The notes below the pieces were generated by a model. The model was not told the DNA's origin, did not search any database, and saw only the letters and a program-made list of their open reading frames with translations. DNA of 64,000 nucleotides from Candidatus Methylomirabilia bacterium (GTDB taxonomy: Bacteria > Methylomirabilota > Methylomirabilia > Rokubacteriales > CSP1-6): NCBI GenBank assembly GCA_046758965.1, contig JBHIBG010000002.1, forward strand, positions 64,001-128,000, written 5' to 3'. Positions 10,130-19,906 of the stretch are shown one piece after another; positions within the stretch are counted from its first letter, which is position 1; each line of letters begins with the position of its first letter. The translations under genes were made by a program, and so were the position numbers.

Positions 10130-10345
10130 CAGTGAGCCGCCCAATCACCCGGCTGACGAGCGCTGAACTGCCGGCAACCAGCGGTGCGGCTACACCGAGG
10201 TCGTTTCCCGTGGTAGCGGTTTGCTTGCAGCGGGTCCGACCTTGTCGGCGAGTTGGCTGCCGGTCGAAAACATTGACATCGTTCAGCGCCCACGGTCAAA
10301 TAACAGTAGAATCCAACCAATACGAGATCAGTGGAGGTCTCTCAG

Positions 10346-11473
10346 GTGGCTGATGTCTGGATCGCCGGCGCGGGGATGACCCGTTTCGGCAAGCGCTCAG
10401 AGCCGTTACCGGATCTCATGGCGGAGGCCGCGCGTGCGGCGCTGGAGGGCTCCGGCCTCGAGTCCCCTGACGCCATGATCGTGGCGGCGATGAACCCCGA
10501 GGAGTTCACCGGGGAAGGGAATTTTGCCTCACAAATCGCCACCTACATCGGGCTCTCCCGCATTCCGGCCATCCGGGTGGAGACCGCCACCTCGTCAGGA
10601 GCCGCGGCCATCTTCGCCGGGTTCTCGTCGGTGGCTGCGGGGATCCACCGCTCGGTGCTGGTCGTCGGGGGCGAGAAGATGACCCACCTCCCCACCCCGC
10701 GAGTCTCCGAGCTGATCGGCCGCTCCATCGATCCCCACGAGCGCTCCTACGGGACCACCATGCCGGCTCTGGCCGCCGTCGTCACGCGAGCCGTGATGAG
10801 CAAAGGGGGCGTGAGCCTCAAGGAGATCTCCCAGGTCGCCGTGAAGAACCACGCCAATGGCGCCCGTAACCCCTTCGCGCATTTCCAGATGCCGGTGACC
10901 CTCGAGGAGGTCATGGAGAGTCGGGTGGTCGCCGATCCGCTTCGCCTCTACCACTGCTGCCCGATCTCCGACGGGGCTGCGGCGGTCGTACTGAGGCCTG
11001 AGCCCACCGGGATCCGGATCGCCGGGATCGGCCAGGGAGCGGACTATCTGGCCGTGCGCTACCGCGACAGCCTGACCAGTTTCAAGGCCACCCAGGCCGC
11101 TGCCGAGGCGGCGTACCGGATGGCGGGGTTCGGACCCGAGCGCGTCGAGGTGGCGGAACTCCACGATGCCTTCGCCCCCTTCGAGCTGATCACCCTGGAG
11201 GATCTCGGGCTGGTCCCGCCGGGGAAGGCCGGCAGCGCCACGCTCAGCGGCGAGACCGCCCTGGAGGGCCGGCTCCCGGTGAACCCCTCGGGAGGCCTCA
11301 AGGCGCGCGGCCATCCCCTCGCCGCCACCGGGATCGGCCAGGTGGTCGAGCTGGTCTGGCAGCTCAGGAACGAGGCCCACGGCCGACAGGTGCAGGCCCG
11401 AGTGGGGCTGGCCCACTCGATCGGCGGGCTCGCGACAAACAACTGGGTCATGCTGCTAGAGCGTATCGGGTGA
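10346..11473 (+). CDS. SCP2-type thiolase-fold protein lacking the catalytic Cys
   Basis: GAGMTRFG, VAVKNH, PISDGAAA, ELHDAF, VNPSGGL..GHPLAATG; ETATSSG at the usual Cys position; GGAGG before GTG 10346. Confidence 0.87.
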   Translation: MADVWIAGAGMTRFGKRSEPLPDLMAEAARAALEGSGLESPDAMIVAAMNPEEFTGEGNFASQIATYIGLSRIPAIRVETATSSGAAAIFAGFSSVAAGIHRSVLVVGGEKMTHLPTPRVSELIGRSIDPHERSYGTTMPALAAVVTRAVMSKGGVSLKEISQVAVKNHANGARNPFAHFQMPVTLEEVMESRVVADPLRLYHCCPISDGAAAVVLRPEPTGIRIAGIGQGADYLAVRYRDSLTSFKATQAAAEAAYRMAGFGPERVEVAELHDAFAPFELITLEDLGLVPPGKAGSATLSGETALEGRLPVNPSGGLKARGHPLAATGIGQVVELVWQLRNEAHGRQVQARVGLAHSIGGLATNNWVMLLERIG

Positions 11474-11492
11474 GCCAAGGGGGAGTCCCGCG

Positions 11493-11918
11493 ATGGAGCT
11501 GATCCCGGCCTCGCGCTGTCCCCGGTGCGGGCGCGTCGTGGCGCCACCCGCCCGCTTCTGCCCCGACCATCCGGTGGCGATGGAGCCGATGGAGCTCCGG
11601 GGGTACGGAGAGGTGCTGGCCTTCACGACCCTCCACTCCCCGCCCGAGGGGTTCAGCTCCCCGCTCCACGTCGCGTTGGTGGAGCTGCCCGAGGGGGCCC
11701 GCTTCTTCTGCCACGGCGCCGAGACGAAACGGATTCGCGTGGGGTCTCGGGTGGCGGTGGAAGCCGTGGACGAGATCTACTACTTCTCGCATCTCGGGCT
11801 TGCGGAGCGGGCCCGGCTCTTCTGGCGGCGGGCAGGAGATGGGGGCCAGCGGGTGGCGGCCATCACGAAGAGCGCTGTCAAGCGGCTGCTGAGGCGACGC
11901 TCGAGTGAGGAAGCGTAA
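11493..11918 (+). CDS. Zn-ribbon/OB-fold (DUF35) thiolase partner protein
   Basis: CxxC...CPDH ribbon, GEVLAFTT, ALVELPEG; follows the thiolase. Confidence 0.85.
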   Translation: MELIPASRCPRCGRVVAPPARFCPDHPVAMEPMELRGYGEVLAFTTLHSPPEGFSSPLHVALVELPEGARFFCHGAETKRIRVGSRVAVEAVDEIYYFSHLGLAERARLFWRRAGDGGQRVAAITKSAVKRLLRRRSSEEA

Positions 11919-13170
11919 GACGAAGCGCGCCCCACGGCGCAGGAGCCCGGCGAAGCCAGCTCGGCGGACCCGGCGCGTGAGCTCAGCCCCTCCCCTGGCC
12001 GGGGTCCGGGTGCTGGACCTCACCCGGGTGCTGGCCGGCCCCTTCTGCTCCATGATGCTCGGCGACATGGGGGCTGAGGTCATCAAGGTCGAGGAGGCCG
12101 GCAAGGGCGATGACACCCGTACCTGGCCGCCGTTCCTGGGCGGCGAGGCCACCTACTTCCTCGCGGTCAACCGGAACAAGAAAAGCCTCACCCTGAACCT
12201 CAAGGCTCTCGAAGGACAGCGGATTCTCCGCCGGCTGATCCGGCGGGCAGATGTCCTCCTCGAGAACTTCAGGCCCGGCACCATGGAGCGCCTGGGCTTC
12301 GGCTACGAGGCGCTGAAGGCTGACAATCCCGGGCTCGTCTACTGCGCGGTCTCCGGGTTCGGTGAGCTGGGGCCGGAGGCGGGCCGGCCGGGATATGACC
12401 TGATTGTCCAGGGCGAATCCGGCCTCATGGACATCACCGGCTTCCCCGACGGTCCGCCGGTGAAGGTGGGCACCGCCATCGCCGACCTCGTGGCGGGGAT
12501 CATGGCGGCCCACGGCGTGGTGCTCGCGCTCCTGGCGCGGGGGCGAACGGGCCACGGCCAGAAGGTGGAGATCGCCATGCTGGATGCCATGGCCGCGCTC
12601 CTGACCTATCAGGCCGGCATCTACTTCGGCACGGGGCAGCGGCCGGGACGGCGCGGTAACCAGCACCCCTCCATTGTTCCCTACGAGGTCTTCAAGGCCG
12701 CGGATGCCTACCTCACTGTCGGCGTCGCCAACAAACCCCTCTGGGACCGGTTCTGCCAGGCCATCGACCACCCCGAGCTGGTGAGGGACCCGCGCTTCGA
12801 GAGCGAGGCTCAGCGGGTGGCCAACCGCGAGATCCTGGTCCCGCTCCTCAACGGGATCCTGGGGGAGCGGAGCGCCGAGGAGTGGCTGAAGCACCTGGAG
12901 AAGGCCGGGATCCCGGCCGGCAGGATCCAGACGGTGGCCGAGGTCTGTGAGAGCCCGCACCTCAAGGAGCGAGGGATGATCGTCTCACTGCCGCACCCGA
13001 ACGCCGGAACGGTAAGGGTGATGGGAGTCCCGATCCGTCTCTGGGGCACCCCCGGCGCCGTCACCGAGCCCCCGCCGCTCCTGGGGCAGCACACCGACGA
13101 GATCCTCACCCGGCTTCTCGGGATGAGCCGAGCCCAGGTGGCCCAGCTGCGCGCCGCCGGGGTCGTCTAG
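11905..13170 (+). CDS. CoA-transferase family III (CaiB/BaiF)
   Basis: PLAGVRVLDLTRVLAGPF, NRNKKS, ENFRPG, PGYD, PPLLGQHT. Confidence 0.93.
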   Translation: MRKRKTKRAPRRRSPAKPARRTRRVSSAPPLAGVRVLDLTRVLAGPFCSMMLGDMGAEVIKVEEAGKGDDTRTWPPFLGGEATYFLAVNRNKKSLTLNLKALEGQRILRRLIRRADVLLENFRPGTMERLGFGYEALKADNPGLVYCAVSGFGELGPEAGRPGYDLIVQGESGLMDITGFPDGPPVKVGTAIADLVAGIMAAHGVVLALLARGRTGHGQKVEIAMLDAMAALLTYQAGIYFGTGQRPGRRGNQHPSIVPYEVFKAADAYLTVGVANKPLWDRFCQAIDHPELVRDPRFESEAQRVANREILVPLLNGILGERSAEEWLKHLEKAGIPAGRIQTVAEVCESPHLKERGMIVSLPHPNAGTVRVMGVPIRLWGTPGAVTEPPPLLGQHTDEILTRLLGMSRAQVAQLRAAGVV

Positions 13171-13247
13171 GCCGCATCGCTGATCCGCCTCCGTATGCCG
13201 GCCCCCAGGGGGGTAGGATGAGATTGAATCCTTAAGGAAGCGGTCCC

Positions 13248-14513
13248 ATGGGGATGACGATCACCGAGAAGATCCTGGCCGCCCACGCTGACAAGCGGGA
13301 GGTGGAGCCCGGGGAGTTCATCGCCGCGCGACCGGACATGGTCATGGGGAATGATCTCTCCACCGCCGGCGCCATCAGGGTGCTTAAGAACATCGGGGCC
13401 TCCCGGGTCTTCGATCCGGAGCGGATCGCGATCGTCCTCGACCACATCGTCCCCGCCAGGGACATTCAGGCGGCCAACCTGCTCAAGGGCGTACGCGAAT
13501 GGGTGACAACGCAGGGGATCCCCCACTTCTACGACGAAGGGAAGAACGGGATCGCCCACATCATCATTCCCGAGCAGGGCCTGGCAGGGCCGGGTGACCT
13601 GATCATCGGCGGTGACAGCCATAGCTGCACCTACGGCGCGCTGGGCGCCTTCTCGACGGGCGTCGGGCACACCGACCTCGCCGGGGTCCTAGCCCTGGGG
13701 GAGATCTGGCTCAAGGTTCCGGCCTCGATCAAGCTCACCTACCGTGGCCAGCTCGGCCACTGGATCATGGGGAAAGATCTGATTCTCATGACCATCGGCC
13801 GGATCGGGATCGATGGAGCCCTCTACCGGGCCATGGAGTTGAGCGGGCCGGTCATGAGCCAGCTCGGCATGTCCGAGCGCCTGACCATGTGCAACATGGC
13901 CATAGAGGCCGGGGCGAAGTCGGCGATTATCCCCCCGGACGAGGTGACGCTCGAGTACGTGAGAGGGCGAGCCAGACGGCCGTGGACCATATATCAGTCG
14001 GATCCTGACGCCGCCTACGCCGCCGAGTACGAATTCGACAGCAGTCGGCTTCGCCCCCAGGTGGCCAAGCCGTTCTCGCCGGACAATGTGGTGCCGGTGG
14101 ACGAGGTGGCGGGAACGACGCTCGATCAGGTCTTCATCGGCTCCTGCACCAACGCCAAGCTCGAGGATCTCCGGATTGCGGCCGAGCTCCTTCGCGGCAA
14201 GAAGGCGCACCCGTACACCCGCCTGATCGTGATCCCCGCCAGCACCTGGATCTGGAACCAGGCCCTCAAGGAAGGGCTGATGGAGATCTTCGCGGAGGCC
14301 GGCGCCGCCATCTCGGCTCCCACCTGCGGGGCGTGCTTCGGGGGGCACATGGGCGTGCTCGGCGACAACGAGGTCTGCCTCTCCACCTCGAACCGGAATT
14401 TCGTCGGCCGCATGGGCGCGCCCACGGCGAAGGTCTACCTCGCCAACCCGGCGGTCGCCGCCGCCAGCGCTCTCAAGGGCGTCATCGCCTCCCCTGAGGA
14501 AGTGGTTGGCTAA
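13248..14513 (+). CDS. leuC: 3-isopropylmalate/homoaconitate-family dehydratase large subunit
   Basis: DSHSCTYGALG, IGSCTN, PTCGACFG, STSNRNFVGRMG. Confidence 0.88.
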   Translation: MGMTITEKILAAHADKREVEPGEFIAARPDMVMGNDLSTAGAIRVLKNIGASRVFDPERIAIVLDHIVPARDIQAANLLKGVREWVTTQGIPHFYDEGKNGIAHIIIPEQGLAGPGDLIIGGDSHSCTYGALGAFSTGVGHTDLAGVLALGEIWLKVPASIKLTYRGQLGHWIMGKDLILMTIGRIGIDGALYRAMELSGPVMSQLGMSERLTMCNMAIEAGAKSAIIPPDEVTLEYVRGRARRPWTIYQSDPDAAYAAEYEFDSSRLRPQVAKPFSPDNVVPVDEVAGTTLDQVFIGSCTNAKLEDLRIAAELLRGKKAHPYTRLIVIPASTWIWNQALKEGLMEIFAEAGAAISAPTCGACFGGHMGVLGDNEVCLSTSNRNFVGRMGAPTAKVYLANPAVAAASALKGVIASPEEVVG

Positions 14514-14577
14514 GTACGAAGAGGGAGAGGATTAAAGGTGAGGGGGTGGTAGGTGAACCATGCGAGAGGCGAGGGCG

Positions 14578-15072
14578 ATGATTCGCGGCAAGGTGTGGAG
14601 GTTCGGAGATGACGTGAACACCGAGGTCATCATGCCAGGGAAATACCTGGCCATGCGGGATCCTGCGCAGGTGGCCTCTCATGTCATGGAAGGGCTCGAC
14701 CCCGAATTCAGCCAGAAGGCCAAGCCAGGGGATCTGATCGTGGCCGGCAAGAACTTCGGCTGCGGTTCCTCGCGGGAGACCGCCCCGGGTGGCCTCGAGG
14801 CCTTCGGCATCGGGGCCATCATCGCCGTCTCCTTTTCCCGGATCTTTCTCCGCAACTCCATGAACATCGGGCTCCCCCTTCTCGAGTGCCCGTCGGCGGC
14901 CGAGGAGATCAAGGAAGGCCATGTCATGGCCGTGGAGATCGCCGCGGGCCGGATCATTGACGAGACCACGGGTCGGACCTACCAGGCCACTCCCTTCCCG
15001 CCGTTCCTTCAGGAGCTGATGGCGGCCGGCGGCCTCGTGCCCTACGTCCGTAAGAGGCTGGGCCTGACCTAA
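14578..15072 (+). CDS. leuD: 3-isopropylmalate-family dehydratase small subunit
   Basis: GKVWRFGDDVNT, NFGCGSSRE, SFSRIFLRN. Confidence 0.88.
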   Translation: MIRGKVWRFGDDVNTEVIMPGKYLAMRDPAQVASHVMEGLDPEFSQKAKPGDLIVAGKNFGCGSSRETAPGGLEAFGIGAIIAVSFSRIFLRNSMNIGLPLLECPSAAEEIKEGHVMAVEIAAGRIIDETTGRTYQATPFPPFLQELMAAGGLVPYVRKRLGLT

Positions 15073-15197
15073 CCTCCTCTGGGTCGCGCGGCATCGGGCC
15101 CTCGCCCAATTCTGTCCCCCGGCTCCGCCGTTCAATTGACAGGGGGAGGCTTCTGCCCCATCATGGGGCGCACCCATAATCGAGGTTGGAGGATCCC

Positions 15198-16778
15198 ATG
15201 AAGCGGCTCATCAAGGTCTACGACACCACGCTCCGAGACGGCACCCAGGGGGAAGGCGTCGCCTTCGCCATGGAGGACAAGGTCCGCATCGCCCAGCGAT
15301 TGGACGCCCTCGGCATCCACTACATCGAAGGAGGCTGGCCGGGGTCGAACCCCAAGGACATGCGGTTTTTCCGACGCATCCAGGACATCTCCCTCAAGCA
15401 AGCCAAGATCGCCGCCTTCGGGGCGACGAGGCGGGCCGGCGTGAGCGCCGAGCAGGACGCCAACCTCCACGCCTTGATCGAGGCCCGCACGCCCGTCGCC
15501 ACCATCTTCGGCAAGTCCTGGGATTTCCACGTGACCTCGGCGCTCGGGACCACGCTGCCCGAGAACCTGACCATGATCGCTGACTCGGTGGCCTTCCTTC
15601 TCCCCCACTTCGAGGAGGTGATCTACGACGCCGAGCACTTCTTTGACGGCTTCCGAGCCAACCGCGAGTACGCGCTTCACACCCTGAAGGCCGCCCAGGC
15701 CGGCGGCGCTCACTGTCTGGTGCTCTGCGACACCAACGGCGGGACCCTGCCCCACGACCTGGTGGAGATCATCCGAGCGGTCAAGCAGCAGATCAGCGCG
15801 CCGCTCGGGATTCACGTCCACAACGACGCCGAGTGCGCGGTCGCCAACTCCCTGGCGGCCGTCAGCGAGGGCGCCAATCACGTGCAGGGCACCATCAACG
15901 GCTTCGGAGAGCGGTGCGGGAACGCCAACCTGGTCTCCATCATTCCGAACCTGATGCTCAAGATGAACCTGGCGTGCCTGCCCGAGGGGAACGTGCGGGA
16001 GCTCCGCGACCTCTCGCGCTTCGTCACGGAGCTGGCCAACTGCAAGCCGTGGCAGCAGCAGCCCTACGTGGGCGACTCGGCGTTCGCTCACAAGGGCGGC
16101 ATGCATGTCTCCGCGGTCCTGAAGCATCCGGAGACCTACGAGCACATCAACCCGGAGCTGGTGGGTAACCGCCGTCGGGTCCTCGTCTCCGAGCTGGCCG
16201 GCAAGGCCAACATCCTCTGGAAGGCGCGCGAGTACGGGCTGGACCTTGACAAGGACACGCCGGAGACGCGGCGGATTCTCGACGCCCTCAAGCAGCTCGA
16301 GGACGAGGGCTACCAGTTCGAGGGGGCGGAGGCCTCCTTCGAGCTGCTGATGGAGCGGGCCCTCGGGCACCACCGCCCCTACTTCAACCTGGACGGGTTC
16401 CGCGTGGTGGTGGAGAAGCGGGGAGAGGGGCACGAGCTCGCTGAGGCGACCGTGAAGCTCCAGGTGAAGGGGATCGCCGAGCACACCGCCGCCGAGGGGA
16501 ACGGCCCCGTGAACGCCCTCGACCACGCCCTCCGCAAGGCCCTCGAGGAGTTCTACCCGAACCTCAAGACCATGCAGCTCCTTGACTACAAGGTTCGCAT
16601 CCTGGATGAAGCCTCGGGGACAGGGGCCAAGACGCGAGTGCTCATCACCTCGGGAGACGAGGAGGCCTCGTGGGGGACGGTCGGGGTCTCCCACAACATC
16701 ATCGAAGCCTCCTGGCAGGCCCTGGTGGACTCCATCGAGTACAAGCTCCGCCAGGACGAGCGGCAGGGCAGCCGGTAG
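15198..16778 (+). CDS. cimA: Citramalate synthase
   Basis: [43 protein letters not shown] and a regulatory C-terminal domain; GGAGG RBS. Confidence 0.9.
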   Translation: MKRLIKVYDTTLRDGTQGEGVAFAMEDKVRIAQRLDALGIHYIEGGWPGSNPKDMRFFRRIQDISLKQAKIAAFGATRRAGVSAEQDANLHALIEARTPVATIFGKSWDFHVTSALGTTLPENLTMIADSVAFLLPHFEEVIYDAEHFFDGFRANREYALHTLKAAQAGGAHCLVLCDTNGGTLPHDLVEIIRAVKQQISAPLGIHVHNDAECAVANSLAAVSEGANHVQGTINGFGERCGNANLVSIIPNLMLKMNLACLPEGNVRELRDLSRFVTELANCKPWQQQPYVGDSAFAHKGGMHVSAVLKHPETYEHINPELVGNRRRVLVSELAGKANILWKAREYGLDLDKDTPETRRILDALKQLEDEGYQFEGAEASFELLMERALGHHRPYFNLDGFRVVVEKRGEGHELAEATVKLQVKGIAEHTAAEGNGPVNALDHALRKALEEFYPNLKTMQLLDYKVRILDEASGTGAKTRVLITSGDEEASWGTVGVSHNIIEASWQALVDSIEYKLRQDERQGSR

Positions 16779-16843
16779 GGGACTCGCCGACTTCGCGAGA
16801 GCGACGAAGAACCTTCCCCGGTTCCGCTTCGGAGCCCGTCAGC

Positions 16844-17305
16844 TCACGTCCCCTTGGATTTGCGCCAGGCGCGGATCTGGTCCCCGTGCTCCTTGTAGTG
16901 GTGGGCGCTGTTCAGGTCCGTGATCCGGTGCGCGGTCTTGCCGGGGACGAATCGCTCCTCCGGCACCTTCGCCGCCTGAGCCATGAAGTACTCGTGCGTG
17001 GCATTCAGATCCCCGAGCACCTCGGACACGGGGGCATGCTTCCTGGCGCCGACGAACCTGACATTCCAGGCATCCGGGTCTTCGTAGTTCGCGCCTTCGG
17101 GAAACGGCCTCTCACCGCGCGCCATCCGCTCGAGGGCCGGGCCCAGCTCGCGGTGCCATGCCGAGATGTGGACCACGATCTCCCTGATGCTCCAGGTGCC
17201 GAGCCACACCTCGGTCAGAGCCGCTTCGTCGAGGCCCTCGATCGCCTTTTTGAAGGCCCTGAACTCCTCCTGCGCCTGGCTGAGCAAGCTCTCCTTCGTT
17301 GACAT
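16844..17305 (-). CDS. DinB/ClbS-DfsB-like four-helix-bundle protein
   Basis: WSIREIVVHISAW and HHYKEH..QI motifs; GGAG RBS. Confidence 0.75.
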   Translation of the reverse strand: MSTKESLLSQAQEEFRAFKKAIEGLDEAALTEVWLGTWSIREIVVHISAWHRELGPALERMARGERPFPEGANYEDPDAWNVRFVGARKHAPVSEVLGDLNATHEYFMAQAAKVPEERFVPGKTAHRITDLNSAHHYKEHGDQIRAWRKSKGT

Positions 17306-17317
17306 GGTTCTCCTCCC

Positions 17318-18151
17318 TTACGATCGGAGAAACTGGCGGATGATCCGCCGGGTCTTGTCGTGTTTCCCGAGAAGGACCGTATAGTGGTTTGTGCCGGGGA
17401 TCACCACCAGCCTGGAGGTGGGGATGGCGTGAGCCATGGCCTCGCCCTCCTCCTGGGTCATGAGGCAGTCCGTGGCAGTGAGAAGGCCGTCGGGGGCGCG
17501 GAGGATCAGCGTGGGGCAGTTCACCTTGTGGTGCCACACCCAGAGCCGCTCGCGGAGCAGGTTGGCGATCTCCTCCTCGATGGCGTGCTTGGCGACCTTG
17601 GAGCGGACCCCGCCGCTCGGCGTCGTCTCCACATCGTAGGTGAAGTACCGGGTCAGGGAGTCGCTCCAGCGGCCCTGGAACATCGGAAGCCCCTGGAGCA
17701 TCTGGAGGAAGCCCTCGAGGGACGGGAACTCCATCCCGACCCGGCTGATGGCCGGGGCGAGCGAGTCTCTGATTTCAGCCCGGATATCGAGCCCCCCATC
17801 TACGAGGATCAGCTTCGAGATGCGCCGGGGGTAGTGAGTGGCGAAGTAGAGGCCGATGTTGGCCCCGAGGGAGTGCCCCATGATCACGGCCTTTTTCTGG
17901 CCGAAGTGGTCCAGCAGCCCGCGCAGCTCCTCGGCATGGATCTGCAAGCTGTAGCCTTTGTCGGGCTTGTCGCTCTCGCCGCGCCCCCGGAGGTCGTAGG
18001 CGATGACCCGAGAGTCCGGCGCGAGGAAGTCAGCGAAGTCGTACCAGGAGGTGTGGTTGGCGGTCAATCCGTGGACGCAGAAGATGGCAGGCCCCTTGCC
18101 GGGCCACTCGTGAACTGTCAGGGCAACGCCATTGACTGTCACTCGTGTCAC
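17318..18151 (-). CDS. Alpha/beta hydrolase
   Basis: HGLT, DLRGRGES, GHSLG nucleophile elbow, C-terminal His. Confidence 0.9.
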   Translation of the reverse strand: MTRVTVNGVALTVHEWPGKGPAIFCVHGLTANHTSWYDFADFLAPDSRVIAYDLRGRGESDKPDKGYSLQIHAEELRGLLDHFGQKKAVIMGHSLGANIGLYFATHYPRRISKLILVDGGLDIRAEIRDSLAPAISRVGMEFPSLEGFLQMLQGLPMFQGRWSDSLTRYFTYDVETTPSGGVRSKVAKHAIEEEIANLLRERLWVWHHKVNCPTLILRAPDGLLTATDCLMTQEEGEAMAHAIPTSRLVVIPGTNHYTVLLGKHDKTRRIIRQFLRS

Positions 18152-18221
18152 GGGAACCTCCTCGATGAAAATGTCGGGCCCTTATTGTAGCCTAATCTCC
18201 CCGGTATAGGAGGCCTGCGTC

Positions 18222-18893
18222 ATGCGCCCCCGTTTCCTCCGCCGCTGGCCCCGCACCGTCGCTGACGCCCGCGCCCTTCAGGAGCGGCTTCGCTCCCGGG
18301 TGCAGCTCACGGGCGGGCCCAGGCGGGTCAGGTTGATTGCCGGCGCTGACCTCGCCTACCGCGGCGATGGCCGGCAAGCCTGGGCTGCGGTGGTGCTCGT
18401 GGAGTTTCCCGAAGGCCGGCTGGTGGAGTCCGCCACGGCGACAGGACCACCGCCGTTCCCTTATGTTCCGGGCTATCTCAGCTTCCGCGAGGGGCCGCTC
18501 CTCCTCGTCGCCTTCAGGCGTCTTCAGAGGCGCCCTGATCTCTGCCTCTTTGACGGACAGGGTTTAGCGCACCCTCGGCGGTTCGGGCTCGCCTGCCATC
18601 TGGGAGTGGTCCTCGGCCTCCCGAGCGTGGGCTGCGCCAAGTCGCTCCTGGTGGGCGAGTGCCGCGAGCCAGGGCCGAAGCGGGGTGACTGGAGCCGGCT
18701 CACTCTGGACGGCAACCCGGTCGGCGCAGCGCTCAGAACCCGTGAGGGCGTCAAGCCGATCTTCGTCTCTCCGGGGCATCGAACCACTATCCGTCAGGCG
18801 GTCAAGTGGGTCCTGGCTGTCTCGCGCTTTCGAGTGCCTGAGCCCATTCGCCTCGCCGAGCAGCTCGTCAACCACCTCAGGGGGGGTTCGTGA
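18222..18893 (+). CDS. nfi: Endonuclease V
   Basis: FPYVPGYLSFRE, DGQGLAHPRRFGLACHLG, VSPGH, RVPEP. Confidence 0.95.
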   Translation: MRPRFLRRWPRTVADARALQERLRSRVQLTGGPRRVRLIAGADLAYRGDGRQAWAAVVLVEFPEGRLVESATATGPPPFPYVPGYLSFREGPLLLVAFRRLQRRPDLCLFDGQGLAHPRRFGLACHLGVVLGLPSVGCAKSLLVGECREPGPKRGDWSRLTLDGNPVGAALRTREGVKPIFVSPGHRTTIRQAVKWVLAVSRFRVPEPIRLAEQLVNHLRGGS

Positions 18894-18894
18894 C

Positions 18895-19659
18895 ATGCCC
18901 ACGCTCTCGGTGAACGGAATCCCGATCAACTACACGCTGACCGGCGCTGGCCCCTACACCCTCTGCCTGGTCCACGGCTCTGGCGGCAGCGCCGGGGTCT
19001 GGATCCGCCAGCTCGAAGGGCTCGCAGATTCCGCCCGGGTCATCGCGCTGGACTTGCCCGGGCACGGCGAATCCGGGGGCCAGGGCTCCCGCGAGATCGA
19101 GCCCTACGCAGCGATCGTGCGCGGGTTCATCGAGGGAATGAAGCTCTCGAAGGTTATCCTCGGCGGTCACTCGATGGGCGGGGCGGTGGCCCAGGCCGTC
19201 GCCCTCACCCATCCTGAGCTGCTGGCCGGGCTCGTGCTGGTAGGGACCGGGACGCGGCTCCGCGTCCTGCCCAAGATCTTCGAGCTGCTCGAGCGCGACT
19301 ACCCGGAGGGGGTGCGCTTCGTCATCAGCCTCGCTGTCTCGCCCGGAGCTCCACCCGAGCTGGTCGAATCACTCGCCCGCCAGACGCTCAGGACCCCTCA
19401 GGCGGTGCTGGTCGGGGACCTCCGGGCGTGCGATCGCTTCGACGTGATGGCGCGGACAGGCGAGATGCGACTTCCGACGCTGATCATCTGCGGGAGCGAA
19501 GACCGGCTCACCCCGCCCAAGTACGCCCGCTACTTCCGAGAGCGGATCGCGAGGAGCCGTCTCGCCCTGATCCCCGAGGCCGGGCACTATGTTCAGCTCG
19601 AGCGCCCGGAGGCAACCACCGCGGCCATCAGCGAGTTCCTGGCCTCGCCCCCCTCGTAG
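18895..19659 (+). CDS. Alpha/beta hydrolase
   Basis: LVHGSGG, DLPGHGES, GHSMGG, AGHY; ATG directly after the nfi stop. Confidence 0.9.
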   Translation: MPTLSVNGIPINYTLTGAGPYTLCLVHGSGGSAGVWIRQLEGLADSARVIALDLPGHGESGGQGSREIEPYAAIVRGFIEGMKLSKVILGGHSMGGAVAQAVALTHPELLAGLVLVGTGTRLRVLPKIFELLERDYPEGVRFVISLAVSPGAPPELVESLARQTLRTPQAVLVGDLRACDRFDVMARTGEMRLPTLIICGSEDRLTPPKYARYFRERIARSRLALIPEAGHYVQLERPEATTAAISEFLASPPS

Positions 19660-19732
19660 GCCGTCACGTCGCTCACTCCAGCCCCGCCTTGCGCAGGGCG
19701 TCAAGCTTGCGCTCCAAGAGCGCTGGATCTTT

Positions 19733-19786
19733 GAAATGGAGATGCGGCTCTGGTTGGACCAGGCCGAGGCCGAGCTGAAGGGTTTG
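19733..19786 (+). pseudogene. C-terminal remnant of a cyclase/AAA/TPR gene
   Basis: Translates EMEMRLWLDQAEAELKGL, matching the end of 20956..24333 (EMDMGFWLEQAERELNDL). Confidence 0.65.
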
Positions 19787-19906
19787 CACAGGGCGACCGG
19801 CACGTAGATAATGCCCCTGCGAGTGGGCCAATAAACCTCACGACGACGCAGGATGGACGAGACTCCCAAACCCGTTCCTCCAAATCAAGCAAAGGAGGAA
19901 GTTCTC

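Noticed and set aside
15132..16694. 520-aa minus-strand ORF
   Set aside because: Antisense shadow of cimA.
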